Source: Schmidtea polychroa (lineage: Eukaryota). Taken from it: a stretch of 64,000 nt of DNA. A model generated the notes under the pieces. It saw only the letters and a list, made by a program, of their open reading frames with translations. It did no database searches and was not told the DNA's origin. The position numbers and the translations under genes are program-made. The number at the start of each line of letters is the position of its first letter. Positions within the stretch are counted from its first letter, which is position 1. This document shows positions 50,757-63,032 of this stretch, piece after piece. The stretch lies in assembly GCA_044892525.1 (NCBI GenBank), contig CM097887.1:79214397-79278396 (forward strand). Direction: 5' to 3'.

Positions 50757-53293
50757 CAGGGTTTCTTAACCGGTGAGGTATACCTCCCTTGGTGAGGTAT
50801 ACTAATGTGATAGGGGAGGTATGAGATTTTGTTTATTTTTGTTATGTTTTTTTTAAATTAAAAATTAAAATTATTTACAAAAAAAATAATTTAAAAAAAT
50901 TCTTCAAAATTTAAACTTGTTTTATTTATTATGTACATATTTATATTATACAAAATAAAATTTGAACGATTACTTTTTTGCTAAATATGTTAGCATTTCT
51001 CTATTTTTGTACATAACTATTTCTAATTAATTATGTTTCTTTTGAAATCAAATAGCCTTTGAAAAAATTCAAAATTATATACATTTTTATATTCAAGTTT
51101 AGTAAAGTTTATATTGGCTGCTGATAGTTGCATTTCTTTTAACTTGTTTTAATTGTTTCGTTACCGCTAATAATAAAAAAGAAATATGTCGGAAAAAAGG
51201 AAATATAGTGAGGATTATGTGAAATTTGGATTTACATGCTGTGTTCGTGATAAAATCGAAAAACCCCAATGCTTTCTATGCTCAAAAATTCTCTGCAATG
51301 ATAATATGAGGCCTTCTAAACTCCTTGAACATTTTACAAAAATGCATTCAAATAATTCTGGAGACTCACTTGAATCTCTCAAGCAGAAAAAAGCTCGATT
51401 TCTGTCATCAGGAACTTTAACCAAGTTAGGTTTTGGAATTAATCAAAAGCCACTTGTTGCAGCTAGTTATAAAGTAGCATATCTTATCGCAAAGAACAAA
51501 AAGTCTCATACCATACCTTGTGCTCTTGAAATGGTAGAAGCTGTTCTCGGAAAGCCACAGAGAAATCAGATCGCAGCAGTACCTCTTTCAAATGACGTGA
51601 TAAGAAGTCGAATTGTGGAAATGTCATCTGATATTTTGGATCAACTTATGTCAGAACTGAAGAAAACAACTCTTTCTTTTGGTCTGCAACTGGATGAAAG
51701 TACTGATGTAGCTCAGTGCAGTCAACTTTTGACCTTTGTTAGATATACCACCGAAACTGGTATTAAAGAAGAGTTTTTGTTCTGCCATCCGATATTAGCT
51801 ACTACAAAAGCGACTGATGTGTACCAGATAATTGATGATTTTTTTTCAGAAAATAAACTTGATTGGAAGGAAAAGTTAGGATTCATATGTACTGATGGTG
51901 CACCTTCCATGCTAGGGAAAAATTCTGGTTTTGGAGCATTGGTACGAGCGATGGCTCCAAATGTTATGGTTCTGCATTGTTTTTACATCGCCATGCATTG
52001 GCATCACGAACTCTTCCACAAAGACTCAAGTCTGCCATGGATATCACTGTTCAAGCTGTAAATTTCATCCGATCTCGAGCTTTGAATCACAGACTCTTCA
52101 AAATATTATGCCAAGAAGTTGGAGCTTCTCATGAAATGCTGCTTTATCACACTGATGTACGCTGGATTTCACGTGGACGAGTTTTCACTCGTGTCCTGGA
52201 ACTCAAAATGGAGATAATAACATTTCTTCGAGAGAAAGAAAATAAATTGTGTGGAGAGTTTGAAACTCACAATTTTACTGCATCATTGGCCTATCTTGCA
52301 GATGTATTTTCACATTTAAATGATCTAAATATTTCCCTTCAAGGGTCAGAAGTTACTATTTTAGATGCAAATGAGAAGATTACAGCCTTCAAGCAAAAAC
52401 TAGCTCTTTGGAAGAACCGCGTATCAAAAGGTAATTATGCAAATTTCCCATCTCTAGAAAAAATTTTCTGTGCTGAATATTTATTAAAAGCGGTGCCAGA
52501 TTGGATTCGAACTGATATTTTAATACATTTGGATAATCTCATGAATTCTTTTGATAACTACTTTGTAGAAGACAATTTGAAAATTGATCTGTGGATTCGA
52601 AATCCCTTCATATTTAATTTAGACTCTATGGATGATGCTGACATGCAAAAAGACGACCTCATTGATTTACAGAGCAAGGCTATGGTCAGGCAAAAATTTA
52701 TTAACCAAAATCTTGATGAATTTTGGTGCTCACAAATAGATTCTTATCCGGTTTTGGCAAATAAAGCTCTTTCAGCTTTGATACCATTTGCAACAACATA
52801 CCTCTGCGAATCTGCATTTTCAACATTGGTCAATGTAAAGCCGAAAACCAGAAATCGATTGGATGCCAGGCATGACATGCGCTTAGCATTGTCTAAGATT
52901 GTTCCGCGAATTTCGCATCTTATTGACGGCAAGCAGCAACAATCATCTCATTAATGCTGCCTTATTATTTTGTAGTATTTATATAAAAAATATTCTTTGA
53001 ATTTGGGAATTATTCTTTAAATTTTTCACATATTTTCTATCTTTAAACTTTAAATAAATTTTGTCAATATGAATTAAATATAAAATATAATTTTTTTGTA
53101 TCACAGTATGAATTAAATATAATTTTTTTTTATAAATATATTAAAATGATGAAAATAAAATAATATATGTAATGTTGGTATACCACTAATTATGTTTCTT
53201 ATCTTTTCTTAAAAAAAAATAATTCTGCTGGAGGTGAGAACATCAAATTAAATATTAGGTGAGATATGATGTAAAAAAGGTTAAGAACCCCTG
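50757..53293 (+). mobile_element. Full-length Buster/Charlie hAT, inactivated, nested in Tc1
   Basis: TIR CAGGGTTTCTTAACC / GGTTAAGAACCCCTG (1 mismatch). Perfect TSD CCATAGAA at 50749-50756 and 53294-53301. Confidence 0.96.
51186..52954 (+). pseudogene. Buster transposase with one frameshift (~51980) and a 6-codon deletion
   Basis: MSEKRKYSEDY..PQCFLC; KSHTI-PCALEM lacks AEELVK present in the 37190 copy; [34 protein letters not shown]. Confidence 0.93.
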
Positions 53294-55562
53294 CCATAGA
53301 ACATCTCTGCCAACATGTAAAACGTCAACTTTCTGATCAAATTTCTGTTTGTCTTAACCTTATTAATAGTATGCTTAATCGTATTGCTGCTGTCTTTGCA
53401 GCTAAAGGTGACTATACAAAATATTAAATCTTATTTTGACTACTTGTTTATTGCACAAGGGACTGTTTTTAATGATGCTTGATGTACAAATTCTATTAAA
53501 GCGCATTAGAAAAGTCACTGAGCTAAAAATTCTAGGAAAATGACAGAGAATTATATGATTGGCAAAATTGGCTCAATGACCAATTTGTACTCAGATGGCG
53601 ATAAATGATTGTAAGAGATTAGTTTCAATAATAACAAACTGAAAGTACTTTCCATAGATGCAGTAATAATTATTGAAAATTTCTTCAAAATTGATGCGTT
53701 ACCAGTTTTGTTATGTTAATTTATTCATACAGGTTAGAAACATCGGGGCAATTTTGGCAGTCACTGTAGATGGTGCGAGCGACAAAATCTTCAAAGGATC
53801 ACAAGTTAAAACACCGCAGCAAACAAATGGATTTCATATTACGGACACGGATTTCATATTATGGACATATTACCTGCGGACGTAGACCTAATTATGATTA
53901 TACTAAAAAGAGATCTGATACTGAACCCCACGCGATTGGCTCGAGCATAAACAGTACATAAAATATGGCTTTTGTAATAATAAATCAAATTTATTAAGTA
54001 ATTAAATAGAAGATACTAATTGAGAATAAATTTTGACAAAAGAACAAATATTTTTTGTTATAATCAAAAATATAAGTCGAAAATTTGTGTGGAGTATAAT
54101 AAAAAATATTTGATGTTTTGTTTAAATGAAATATCATCAATAAAGAGATCAAAGATTACCAAAAAGAAAATAATTCATTAAATGTCTGCATCGACTCAAT
54201 ATGAAATGTTTAAATAAAAATATCATGCAAATTTTTGTTTGAATCAGTTAAAAACAGGAGATGTTTTTGAAACGAAAGATTTAAATTATGAAATAGAAAT
54301 ATAATAAAATATTTGAAAATTAAAACAAGTTAGTGTCCTATTTTCCTTTTGAAAACTTTAAAACCTATCAAAATTTTTATTAATAGATTAGTTACAATTA
54401 ATTTATAAAATGCTTCCTCGTGATTACACTCCGGCACCCAAAAAAACAATTAACTATTTTTCTTTGAGTGAATTCTTTCCAATTCTAAACTGTTAATAAT
54501 AATCGACATCTGTCTGAAACTCATTTGATATTTTTAAGTCTTCAGGTATTGCTTATCGTAAAGGTGTGCTATGTATGGTCATTTGTAACTAGGAAAACAA
54601 AAATTCATTAAGATTTAATAACTAAACATTAAGTAAAGTTGAAAGAAGGAAAGGTGCAAACAGTAAAAGGAATGAATAATTTCATGAAAGATACAGCGAG
54701 GTCACTAAAATTAAAAACTTGGTAATCCTAGAAAAAATACAAAAATGTATAATGACAAATGTCACATACTATACTATGCAATGGATTAATTTTATAATTT
54801 TATCTATAACATCAATGAGAATTCGTTCTTTGATTTTAATAGGAATATCTTAATTGAAATCTTACCCGTGGATGTAAACTACTTCAGAACATTTCTCTCC
54901 CTGGTGTAAGAATCACTGATTTCATATCATTTAGCATGTTTCGTGACAACTTAATCTGATTTTACAGAAAGAAACCGCACTAATAACTGATGCTTATTAA
55001 GCGTAGTTCATAAACAAAACCGTTCCAACTTAACCATATTACTTATCCAAGATCATATCGCTCAACCCTATTCCATCCAGCCTATCTATCCCGAACTCAA
55101 CTTGAACCCAATAAATGCCGTTAAAACAATAAAAATAAAATTCAGTCAACAAATTGTTTTGAAAACAGAAATTGATCGTAATGATTTAAACTAAATTAAC
55201 AAATAATAAATAGGGTAATAAATTCGGAAATTGAGACAAAAACGAGATAGCAGTTCCATTTAAACAACTCCTAGACAAGGAAGCAGTCAAAAATAAAAAG
55301 AAAATCTGAATCATATTACAAAAACTGATAACATAAATATGAGTAACGGAAGAAAGAAAAGTCAAGAAAATGCTTTGATGGTATCTAAAATGAAGTCGAA
55401 GGGAAAAGAATTGAGAAGTACGAAACACATCTACGCCAATTTTATCATTAATAGCAATTGATATACATGAAACCTAAGCAGTTTCATACAAATTCTTAGT
55501 CTGTCATCGGTACAGAGTTAATAAATGGTCAATTAATATACAAGAATAAATAACACAAAATA

Positions 55563-57107
55563 TTACAGATTGACTTTCTTATACAAATGAGGCATGCAAG
55601 CTCTTTTGTGATTGCCCAGAGCTTGGGATGTACTGAAATCCTTATCACAATTGGGACAAGCATGTCTTGAATGAAACACTTTACCATTCGAAGTGTTTAA
55701 TGAAGAACTGGGTCGTTCTTTGCTTAAGGAAGAAGATAGTTCTTGAATCATTTCAAAACTAGTATTGGCTTTGTGTATGCTGGCAGCATTTAAATGACTT
55801 TTGAGAGATGTTCCATTTGGTCCACCATGCGATTTTGTCATGTGCACACGAAACGCCATGTAGGTAGTAAATGATCTCGGGCAAATAATGCAAACAACTT
55901 CACCAGCATGGTTTGAATGCTCTTTACTAGCATGATCTTCGAGAAGAGATCTGTCAGGAAACATTGCATTGCAATGCATGCAACTAGTAGCTCTGGTTGT
56001 TAGATTGTTGGTACTAGAAGTATATAAAGAAGAACCAGAGTCTCCAGCATTTGAAACCGATGAGTAGTTGCTACCAGGAACTTGAGATACTCCATCAAAG
56101 CTGGAATAGATATTCTGTTGAGGGACTAATTCTAGAGAATTAGAATTATTCACTTCTTGCTCGTTAATTTCTTCACGATTAATGTTCGGGCATAGCTGCT
56201 GACGATGATATTGGAGAGTGAGGGTAGACATGAAACCTTGATTACAAGCTGAACATGAGAATGGTTTATTTTTAAAATTAAAATGTGATTTGACATGATT
56301 GCTTAACGAACTCCGGCATGTGAATGTTTTATGACATTCATCACATTCAAAAAGACCATCAGCATTGGGCGGAACTTTAGCTTTCTTATAAGTTGGTATG
56401 GAGTACGTTGATACCTTTTTATTATTTGCTGGACTTGCTGCTGGTTTAGATAATATATATTCTTCAGTCTTGATACGGGAAAAAGTTGTGTTTTCTCCTG
56501 CTGTAGCTTTGTCATTGGTTGCAATACCGTCGGTTTCTGCGATAGAATTAATACAGGATTCGTTTTCATGCAATCGTCTGTGTTCATCGAGTGTCAAAGG
56601 GTTTCTAAAGCGCTTCCTACAAATATCACATTTAACACGTCGCCCTGTTCCACCAGATGAAGATGACCAACCAGAGCAATCATCTCTATGAAGTATCAAT
56701 GATTTATTATCATGAAAACTCATTCCACAATCAGAACAAACGAACTTTAATGGATTTTCATCCAATGATCTTTTTGACAAATCCACTCCCGAATCATATT
56801 TTACATCGATTCCTTGATCAACGTGAACTGAATGAAGGTGCCTTTGTAACCCCTTTTTAGATGCAAATTGACTGCTACAATGCTCACAGTTGTGGATAAA
56901 ATGCAGAATCGGTTTGGTTGTCGGAGTGCTCAAATCATTTACGGTCTCATTTAATAAGGGTTTCAGCTTGGCAACGGATTCACATTTAGAAATTGAGAGA
57001 GCAGTATATCCATCCTGTATTGCTATTCGGTGATGAAGCACCAGGTGCTTAAGGATGCTGTTGTTCGAGTAGAAACAACTTTGACACAAATTACATACGC
57101 ATTGACT
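55563..57107 (-). CDS. Multi-zinc-finger (C2H2/C2HC) transcription factor, last coding exon
   Basis: Acceptor tag at 57108-57110, phase 0. Nine fingers counted (CNLC, CEHC, CSDC, CDIC, CDEC, CSAC, CMHC, CIIC, CPNC), three ending H-x3/4-C. Stop TAA at 55563. Confidence 0.92.
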   Translation of the reverse strand, partial: SQCVCNLCQSCFYSNNSILKHLVLHHRIAIQDGYTALSISKCESVAKLKPLLNETVNDLSTPTTKPILHFIHNCEHCSSQFASKKGLQRHLHSVHVDQGIDVKYDSGVDLSKRSLDENPLKFVCSDCGMSFHDNKSLILHRDDCSGWSSSSGGTGRRVKCDICRKRFRNPLTLDEHRRLHENESCINSIAETDGIATNDKATAGENTTFSRIKTEEYILSKPAASPANNKKVSTYSIPTYKKAKVPPNADGLFECDECHKTFTCRSSLSNHVKSHFNFKNKPFSCSACNQGFMSTLTLQYHRQQLCPNINREEINEQEVNNSNSLELVPQQNIYSSFDGVSQVPGSNYSSVSNAGDSGSSLYTSSTNNLTTRATSCMHCNAMFPDRSLLEDHASKEHSNHAGEVVCIICPRSFTTYMAFRVHMTKSHGGPNGTSLKSHLNAASIHKANTSFEMIQELSSSLSKERPSSSLNTSNGKVFHSRHACPNCDKDFSTSQALGNHKRACMPHLYKKVNL

Positions 57108-57261
57108 CTAGAATAAAGGAGGTGATCAACCATGAAAACATAATGCATGACATTATATAGGAAAATATATCTCAAGAGTTATTTTTTAGAATTTTCAATA
57201 TTCTCTAGGAAATTTTAGGTTTTATTATTATTATTATTATTATTATGAAAACATTTCTTAC

Positions 57262-57488
57262 TCCTTTATTTAAAGTGATGGCAGGGTTGTTGAGAAACTT
57301 TTCTGCGAATTTCATGTTTTTTTGGAAAGTCGCATCAGTATCATTTTGAGAAATTACATTTTTTATGACTACAGCTTCTGATTTTATCGGCGATAAGAGG
57401 GGTTTTTCTAAATCAGATTGGTTGAGTTTCCATTTGTCGGCTTTTGGGGCTGGTGCTATTGCTAGAGGCGGTTTTCCATTTGACTCTG
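57262..57488 (-). CDS. Zinc-finger gene internal exon
   Basis: Acceptor cag at 57489-57491 (phase 1), ESNGKPPLAIAPAPKADKW..ITLNKG, donor GTAAG at 57261 (phase 0). 227 bp; phases match both neighbours. Confidence 0.88.
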
Positions 57489-57615
57489 CTGCAATGAATG
57501 AATTTTTATTTAATTAAAATAAAAGTTATCCACGTAGAAATATATATATTATTGACTAATGAGCAAAATAATAATCATAATTAATTAAGATTAAATGAGG
57601 AACATAAATTCCTAC

Positions 57616-57862
57616 CTATGTTGTTAAGGGATTTGATAAAATTCGGACGACAATGTTCCTTTTGGTGCTGCTTGAGCATTTTTAACCTGATAAATTTCAA
57701 ATCGCAATTTACACATTTGAAACTCTCATTTTTCCTGTGCATGAGCAAATGGCGTTTGAAGCCTTCCCTGTTTAGGAAAATTGACTGACAATAGAAACAT
57801 ACAAAAGCCCGTTTACGGAAGCGGCCATATCTGTTTCTTGAGCCATTGATATTGAGCTCATT
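57616..57862 (-). CDS. Zinc-finger gene internal exon with two fingers
   Basis: CFYC..HLLMH and CVNC..HQKEHC. Acceptor cag at 57863, donor GTAGG at 57615. 247 bp, phase 0 to phase 1. Confidence 0.9.
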
Positions 57863-58026
57863 CTGAAAATGTAAAACGAAACCATAACAACATTAACACT
57901 GTCAACCATAAAAGGCTTTATTATTAACCCAAAACAAAATCAGTCACAAAAGCTAAGCCTCATCAAACAGACAAACAAATCTCCTACTCAACGAAACTTA
58001 ACAAGTGATGCTAGAAATTTCCTAAC

Positions 58027-58286
58027 CTGGTTTGTGATGGAGTAAACTCTTGATAGAACGATCTTATTTCCCCGACTGTTGGATTGAGCTGCACGCCACA
58101 GATTAGTTGCTGGTCTACCAGTATCGCTGGCAGAATAGGAGTCTGGATTATTCTGGTCTCCATGGCAACCACTCTCCTCCTCATTGTTCACAGACTGGCC
58201 TTGTTCAATGCGGGATTTATCGATTTTCGATTTCTTTGAGTTGGGTAGAATTTCACGAAACTTATTTTCCGCGATATATTTTTTCA
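58027..58286 (-). CDS. Zinc-finger gene internal exon
   Basis: Acceptor tttag with CTAAT branch-like motifs (phase 1). KKYIAENKF..SITNQ, donor GTTAG at 58026 (phase 0). Confidence 0.75.
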
Positions 58287-61223
58287 CTAAACGATTCCAT
58301 TATTAGCATTAGCATGGCGCACTTTGGCAAACATACTATATTGAAATTTATCGTCAAAATATATTGCAATTTAATATTAGAATCAGAACTGCTATGCAAG
58401 GCTTACAGATGGACATTTATGTATTCAATGGACTCATCAACGGATTATGCCACAATGGTAACGCGCTCAAGGAGCTCGCTCATACTAAGATAGATGAGGC
58501 AAATAGATGAGTCATGTTGGCTACTCGCCTAGGTGATTATATGCCGGATTACATCATACCTAGGTAAATTAACGGCTATCGATAAACTCTTTGTGGTACC
58601 AGCTTTTGTCGTTTTACATTTGAGGTTTGTGATAAATTACTAAGACGAAAAAAGTATGCTGGAAGACAGTATTGCATCTATTAACTTTCCGAATGACAGA
58701 GAAATAAAACGGTAAACAAATAGGTAAACAAATACCACATTATGAGTAGGCACAAATCCACTGTTATATCTTATGTGAATATATGTATTATTCTGAAGAA
58801 AATATAGAATATTGTTGCTTTGTTTTCGTTCACTTTTCCCAGCACTCTTCAATTGTTCCACATAATATGTTGCATATGTTATTGCTTTCTGCCAAAATCC
58901 ACGTTAACAACCCCCTGATCACTTCAATAAACATGAGCGATTTTATTTTATTTTACATTAATTCATGTAGCTTTCATACACTGGTCCCACCTGAGATTTT
59001 GACAACCTTATATTTCGGGAATGGCGATATATTTCGGGGAACTTTTGTCAAGTTTCTGAAATGTTTAGGTTAGTCTGACAGTATGTGAGTGTGTTCACAT
59101 ACATTGTATGTGCCAGAAACGTTGAACAAGTTTTGAGGAAAGTTTTCTCAACCATAAATCGTTGATTAGAAAATCAGAAATCAGAAATACTTCTGAGGCA
59201 TTTTGATGAAGATCAAAATATAATTTTGACGAAAGTGAAATTGCTCCAACAAATAATGTTGCACTAAAACAATGCATTATAAATAACTTTACTGTCCACA
59301 AAAATTTAATTGGCACACTGCGTATATTGATGAAAAGAAACATTTGCAGAGCACAATAGACACATTTCATAATAAGTTCAAATAATGGAGTTGTCAATTT
59401 TTTGGGGATATTATGAGTAGTTACAAGTAATATTCATAGGTTTTGGTATATGAGGGTAATTAGTACGGGTAATTATACTTTTTAATAAGCAACCGGTTTT
59501 TATAGCCTAATTAGTTTTTTTAATCGTTTGAAATCGATAAGGACATTTTGATCATTCACTAAAGATAGGATCATGATTACCCTGAGCGATAAATTATTTA
59601 AGATTTTAATAACTATGGTATACTTAAATAAAAAATGTATTCCTTATTGCCAATTTAAAACTGTAAAGAATTTTTGCAAATGGAAACATAACACTTGTTG
59701 TTCATACTGCAATAATCGGTTAGTTTAGTGATTAGGCAGAGAAGTTTATGTGTCTTTTTAATGCAAATTATGTTAAATTAATTTAATGAAATATTTAATA
59801 TTCTAAGAATGTTAAATATATTATTCATTAACTATACATTCCTAAAATTTTGTCATCCGGGTTGCTGGGAGTCCAGATATGCGAATGAGGGGGGACATAG
59901 AACACTTACCAAACGGTCCGTGAGATTTATTAGTAAACAAACAATTGTTATTACATGAATTATAAATCAAAGTTTTTAATACCTATGTATTATGCTTAAA
60001 ATTATTTTTCCTTTAGAAAAAAAGCTATATCAAAATACTTTAGATTCAGTGAAATTATTAATAAATCACATTCGGAGACAGGTAACATCCTAAGACGGTA
60101 CAGAAGAATTAATTCCAGAAATTCCTATACAAACTATATTATTTATATATGATTTTTATTAAAAAATATTTTTTATCATCCTCCAAAAAAAAATTGTTTA
60201 ACATACCAATTATTCTGTAACAATTCTACCAATATGTACAAAAAGGCAAAAATCAAAAAATCAGTCCTTCCACCATATTACCCATATTTAAATTCACAAA
60301 AACTTTCAAGAGAAGTGTGTAGACCTGTATCTGTCGAAATATCGTTGACAAATATGATTTATTAAACGTGTAGACGAGTAGATCAATTTTGGGTTAGGGT
60401 TATAGCTACCATGTACACAATCCACTACAAAAGATGCTCCAACCGGAAAAATATGGTGCAATAAAGGTTTTACCAATTATTAAATGAAGTAAATGAAGTC
60501 TGTCAGGTTTTCTGTTATACATATGAATCCGCATCTTAAGGGCATAAATGTGAAACATTAATATTAATTCATTTTGTTAAATTTCCACTTGAAATAGTTA
60601 CACCGTTGTTTTAATTGATTGTCATAGTAACAGCAAACATGGAATATTTTTAGGTTGTGATGTTGAAGTTCTTTTAATATTGGGTTTTTACATTTAGACG
60701 AATAATTTAGGATTGATTTAATTCAATTTATGAATTTTTAATTTATGAAATTTATTTCAATAATATTAATATGAATACAAGCTTTCTATTTCTAGTTTTC
60801 TTGAGGTTAGAGATAAAAGATGAAGAATAGAAGTGACGAATCTATACGATGGCTTATACGTTTTAAAGACTTGGAAATAAGACAAAAACATATATTAATA
60901 CAATAAGCATTAATATATTTATTCTTATTATCTGTAGGAGATTGTATAAAAGAAAATTAGTTGCCTCGATGAGAACACCCCATGGTATTGCTTGTATCAA
61001 AAATCATTTTATTAATTTCTTTTAAATTTGACCCAAAGCCGATGTGGGAAATTCAATCTTGTGTTGAGATATCCTTGATTCAAACGGAAATTAAATGTTG
61101 ATAATATGATTTAAAAATATATTGTATATTTCCATTATGCAGAACTGATTCTTAATAGTTCCAGAAAAATAATTTTATAAGGTTTAGGACTTTATTCTAA
61201 ACAAAACAAATTTTACAGCTTAC

Positions 61224-61412
61224 CTAAATTACGTTGAGAAGCGCTGGATTTTCGAATAATATTTCTATGAAGCATCAATTTCTTTTTCTGAACTGGTTCA
61301 ATGTGCGATTTGAATTTGTGGACCTTTGCTTGCTTCAGCGTCGGAAATTGACGACCGCAAATGTCGCAGCCCCAATTATCGGAACCATTTGGACTGACTA
61401 TGATACCCTCTA
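61224..61412 (-). CDS. Zinc-finger gene upstream exon with one C2H2 finger
   Basis: Acceptor ttcag at 61413, EGIIVSPNGSDNWGCDICGRQFPTLKQAKVHKFKSH.., donor GTAAG at 61223. 189 bp, phase 1/1, joins 58286 as G+TG = Val. Not in the ORF track. Confidence 0.8.
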
Positions 61413-61919
61413 CTGAATAAAATGAAAAATCAATGAAATAATTTCACAACCAATGTTTTATGCAAATGATTGATTAAATTATATTGATTAAGTGCAGCTG
61501 AATGAGATTGCACTGTTACACACAATTAATATTGATGAAGATAATAATTATTTAATTATATAATTGCCAATTTATGCATGTCATTATATCTGTCCATATG
61601 TAAGTTAACATGTCGGTTACAAAAAGTTCTAGATTTCTGATGCGATTTCCAGTAGTACATTGTAAAGAAAAAATTCAAAAATTAATTCCTTATACGTTCG
61701 TCAGTCATTAAAATATTCTGTTAATTGTTTTTCTCTGTTAAATATCAGTTACTGGTGTTTTAGAAATATTAATTTAATTATTAGTTACATAATTATAATG
61801 GAGTTTACTTTTTAAAAATAAACTAAATCAAATAGGAACACAAGAATTCACATTCATTCCATTAAAATTCAGTTAAACGAACACGGAATGATTAAAATAT
61901 TAAATTAAGAAAATATTAA

Positions 61920-62152
61920 CCCTACACTGCATATTGTATCACTGGTGATACACAATTATCTTATTAGAATAAAAACTGTCTCGCTCTTGTTCTCGGTAAA
62001 TGTTCAGTTTAAGTGAAAGTGTACAAAGTACTTAGACAACAATCAGTTATACGTTTTGAATTTTTTATATAAAAAGCGTAAGTTGAGTTAAATTTGTTTA
62101 ATAATATACTACATTTTTTCCTATCAAATATAAAAAGTCATGCAGTGTAGGG
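61920..62152. mobile_element. piggyBac-type MITE, 233 bp
   Basis: Perfect 13-bp TIR CCCTACACTGCAT / ATGCAGTGTAGGG. TTAA TSD at 61916-61919 and 62153-62156. Confidence 0.92.
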
Positions 62153-62509
62153 TTAATAAAAGAACACCATTTTTCAAAAAAAGATTTTTACAATATATTT
62201 TAACAACTCAGCTGTCATTATTTGGCTCTAAACAACTTCAATAAAAACCTATAAATATATTCTGCTGAGCCATTGAAATATATTTAAAAAATGGTGCTCT
62301 TTTATTTGTATGAATAAATTACAAATGTTATTTAATAGTTTAAAATATAATAAATATTAGTAAGCGATTATTTAATGAATAAAAACTAGTTAATGCAAAG
62401 TCAGCTGCTATTTTTAGCGGCTTTTAAAATATTTTTATTTTTTGAAATATAATGGTACACTTTACTGCAGTCGTGATCTAAATTTACCAAAGACTGTAAA
62501 ATAGTTTCT

Positions 62510-62870
62510 ACTATTACGATAACAGTCTTATCCTTTCATCTGTTCACATAATTGACATAGATGAAAGAATTCTTTCCACATTGGCATTATATCCGAGTAG
62601 TGAAAGTAAATATAATCACGCATACGAAATATTACGAAATTCTTTGGGCATTTTTGAAAATACTCAGACGCCATTTTTTGTGCCATTCCAAATTATTATT
62701 TATTTCTTCAACTATTTCTTGGACCATTGTCAGCTATTTAAAATAGAAGTGCTTCGTTCAAAATTACATTTTTGATCATCATATAATTGTAACACAGAGA
62801 TGATTATTATTCTACGAAACGTTGTCTGTACATTCATATGAAACTTCCTCCCATATTGGTTTAACTTTTA
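62510..62870 (-). pseudogene. hAT transposase C-terminal (dimerization domain) remnant
   Basis: Broken minus frames ending ..LLGYNANVERILSSMS..*TDERIRL (cf. SNANVERIFS..WTDERNRL). Confidence 0.65.
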
Positions 62871-62974
62871 ATTCTTTAAACCAACTAGGTTAAGTATCCA
62901 ACAAAAGTTTAGTAAAATTCCATCATTTAAGTTTTAAATTTATCAATTTTATCATGATGATTAATAATGATATA

Positions 62975-63032
62975 AAAATAAATAATAATAATAAATAAAT
63001 AATAATAATAATTATTATTATTATTATTTATA
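62975..63032. repeat. (AAT)n followed by (TTA)n microsatellite, self-complementary
   Basis: aataataat... directly followed by tattattattattatt. Confidence 0.75.

Larger units (their letters stand above)
50640..53465 (+). mobile_element. Tc1 (DD34E-type) 3' remnant split by a Buster insertion
   Basis: Left part YQQD..KWFEDNEVELFDWPSKSLDLNPIE ends exactly at the TSD (50756). Right part resumes (53294) with HLCQHVKRQL..SMLNRIAAVFAAKGDYTKY*, followed by a TIR-like end at ~53465. Confidence 0.85.

Noticed and set aside
54866-54900. Candidate upstream FBXW7 exon (GEKCSEVVYIHG, phase-2 GTAAG donor)
   Set aside because: Only 35 nt, weak acceptor and no similarity to the FBXW7 dimerization domain.
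58290-58500. Alternative genetic code (TAA/TAG as sense) suggested by coding-looking frames with TAA upstream of the zinc-finger exon
   Set aside because: Long ORFs (508, 624, 660 aa) contain no in-frame TAA/TAG and end at standard stops. A normal acceptor at 58287 explains the exon.
59103-59397. Minus ORF with a phase-1 GTATGT donor as an exon of the zinc-finger gene
   Set aside because: No recognisable domain and no good acceptor. Exon 61224-61412 fits the phase and contains a finger. Cannot be excluded as an alternative first exon.
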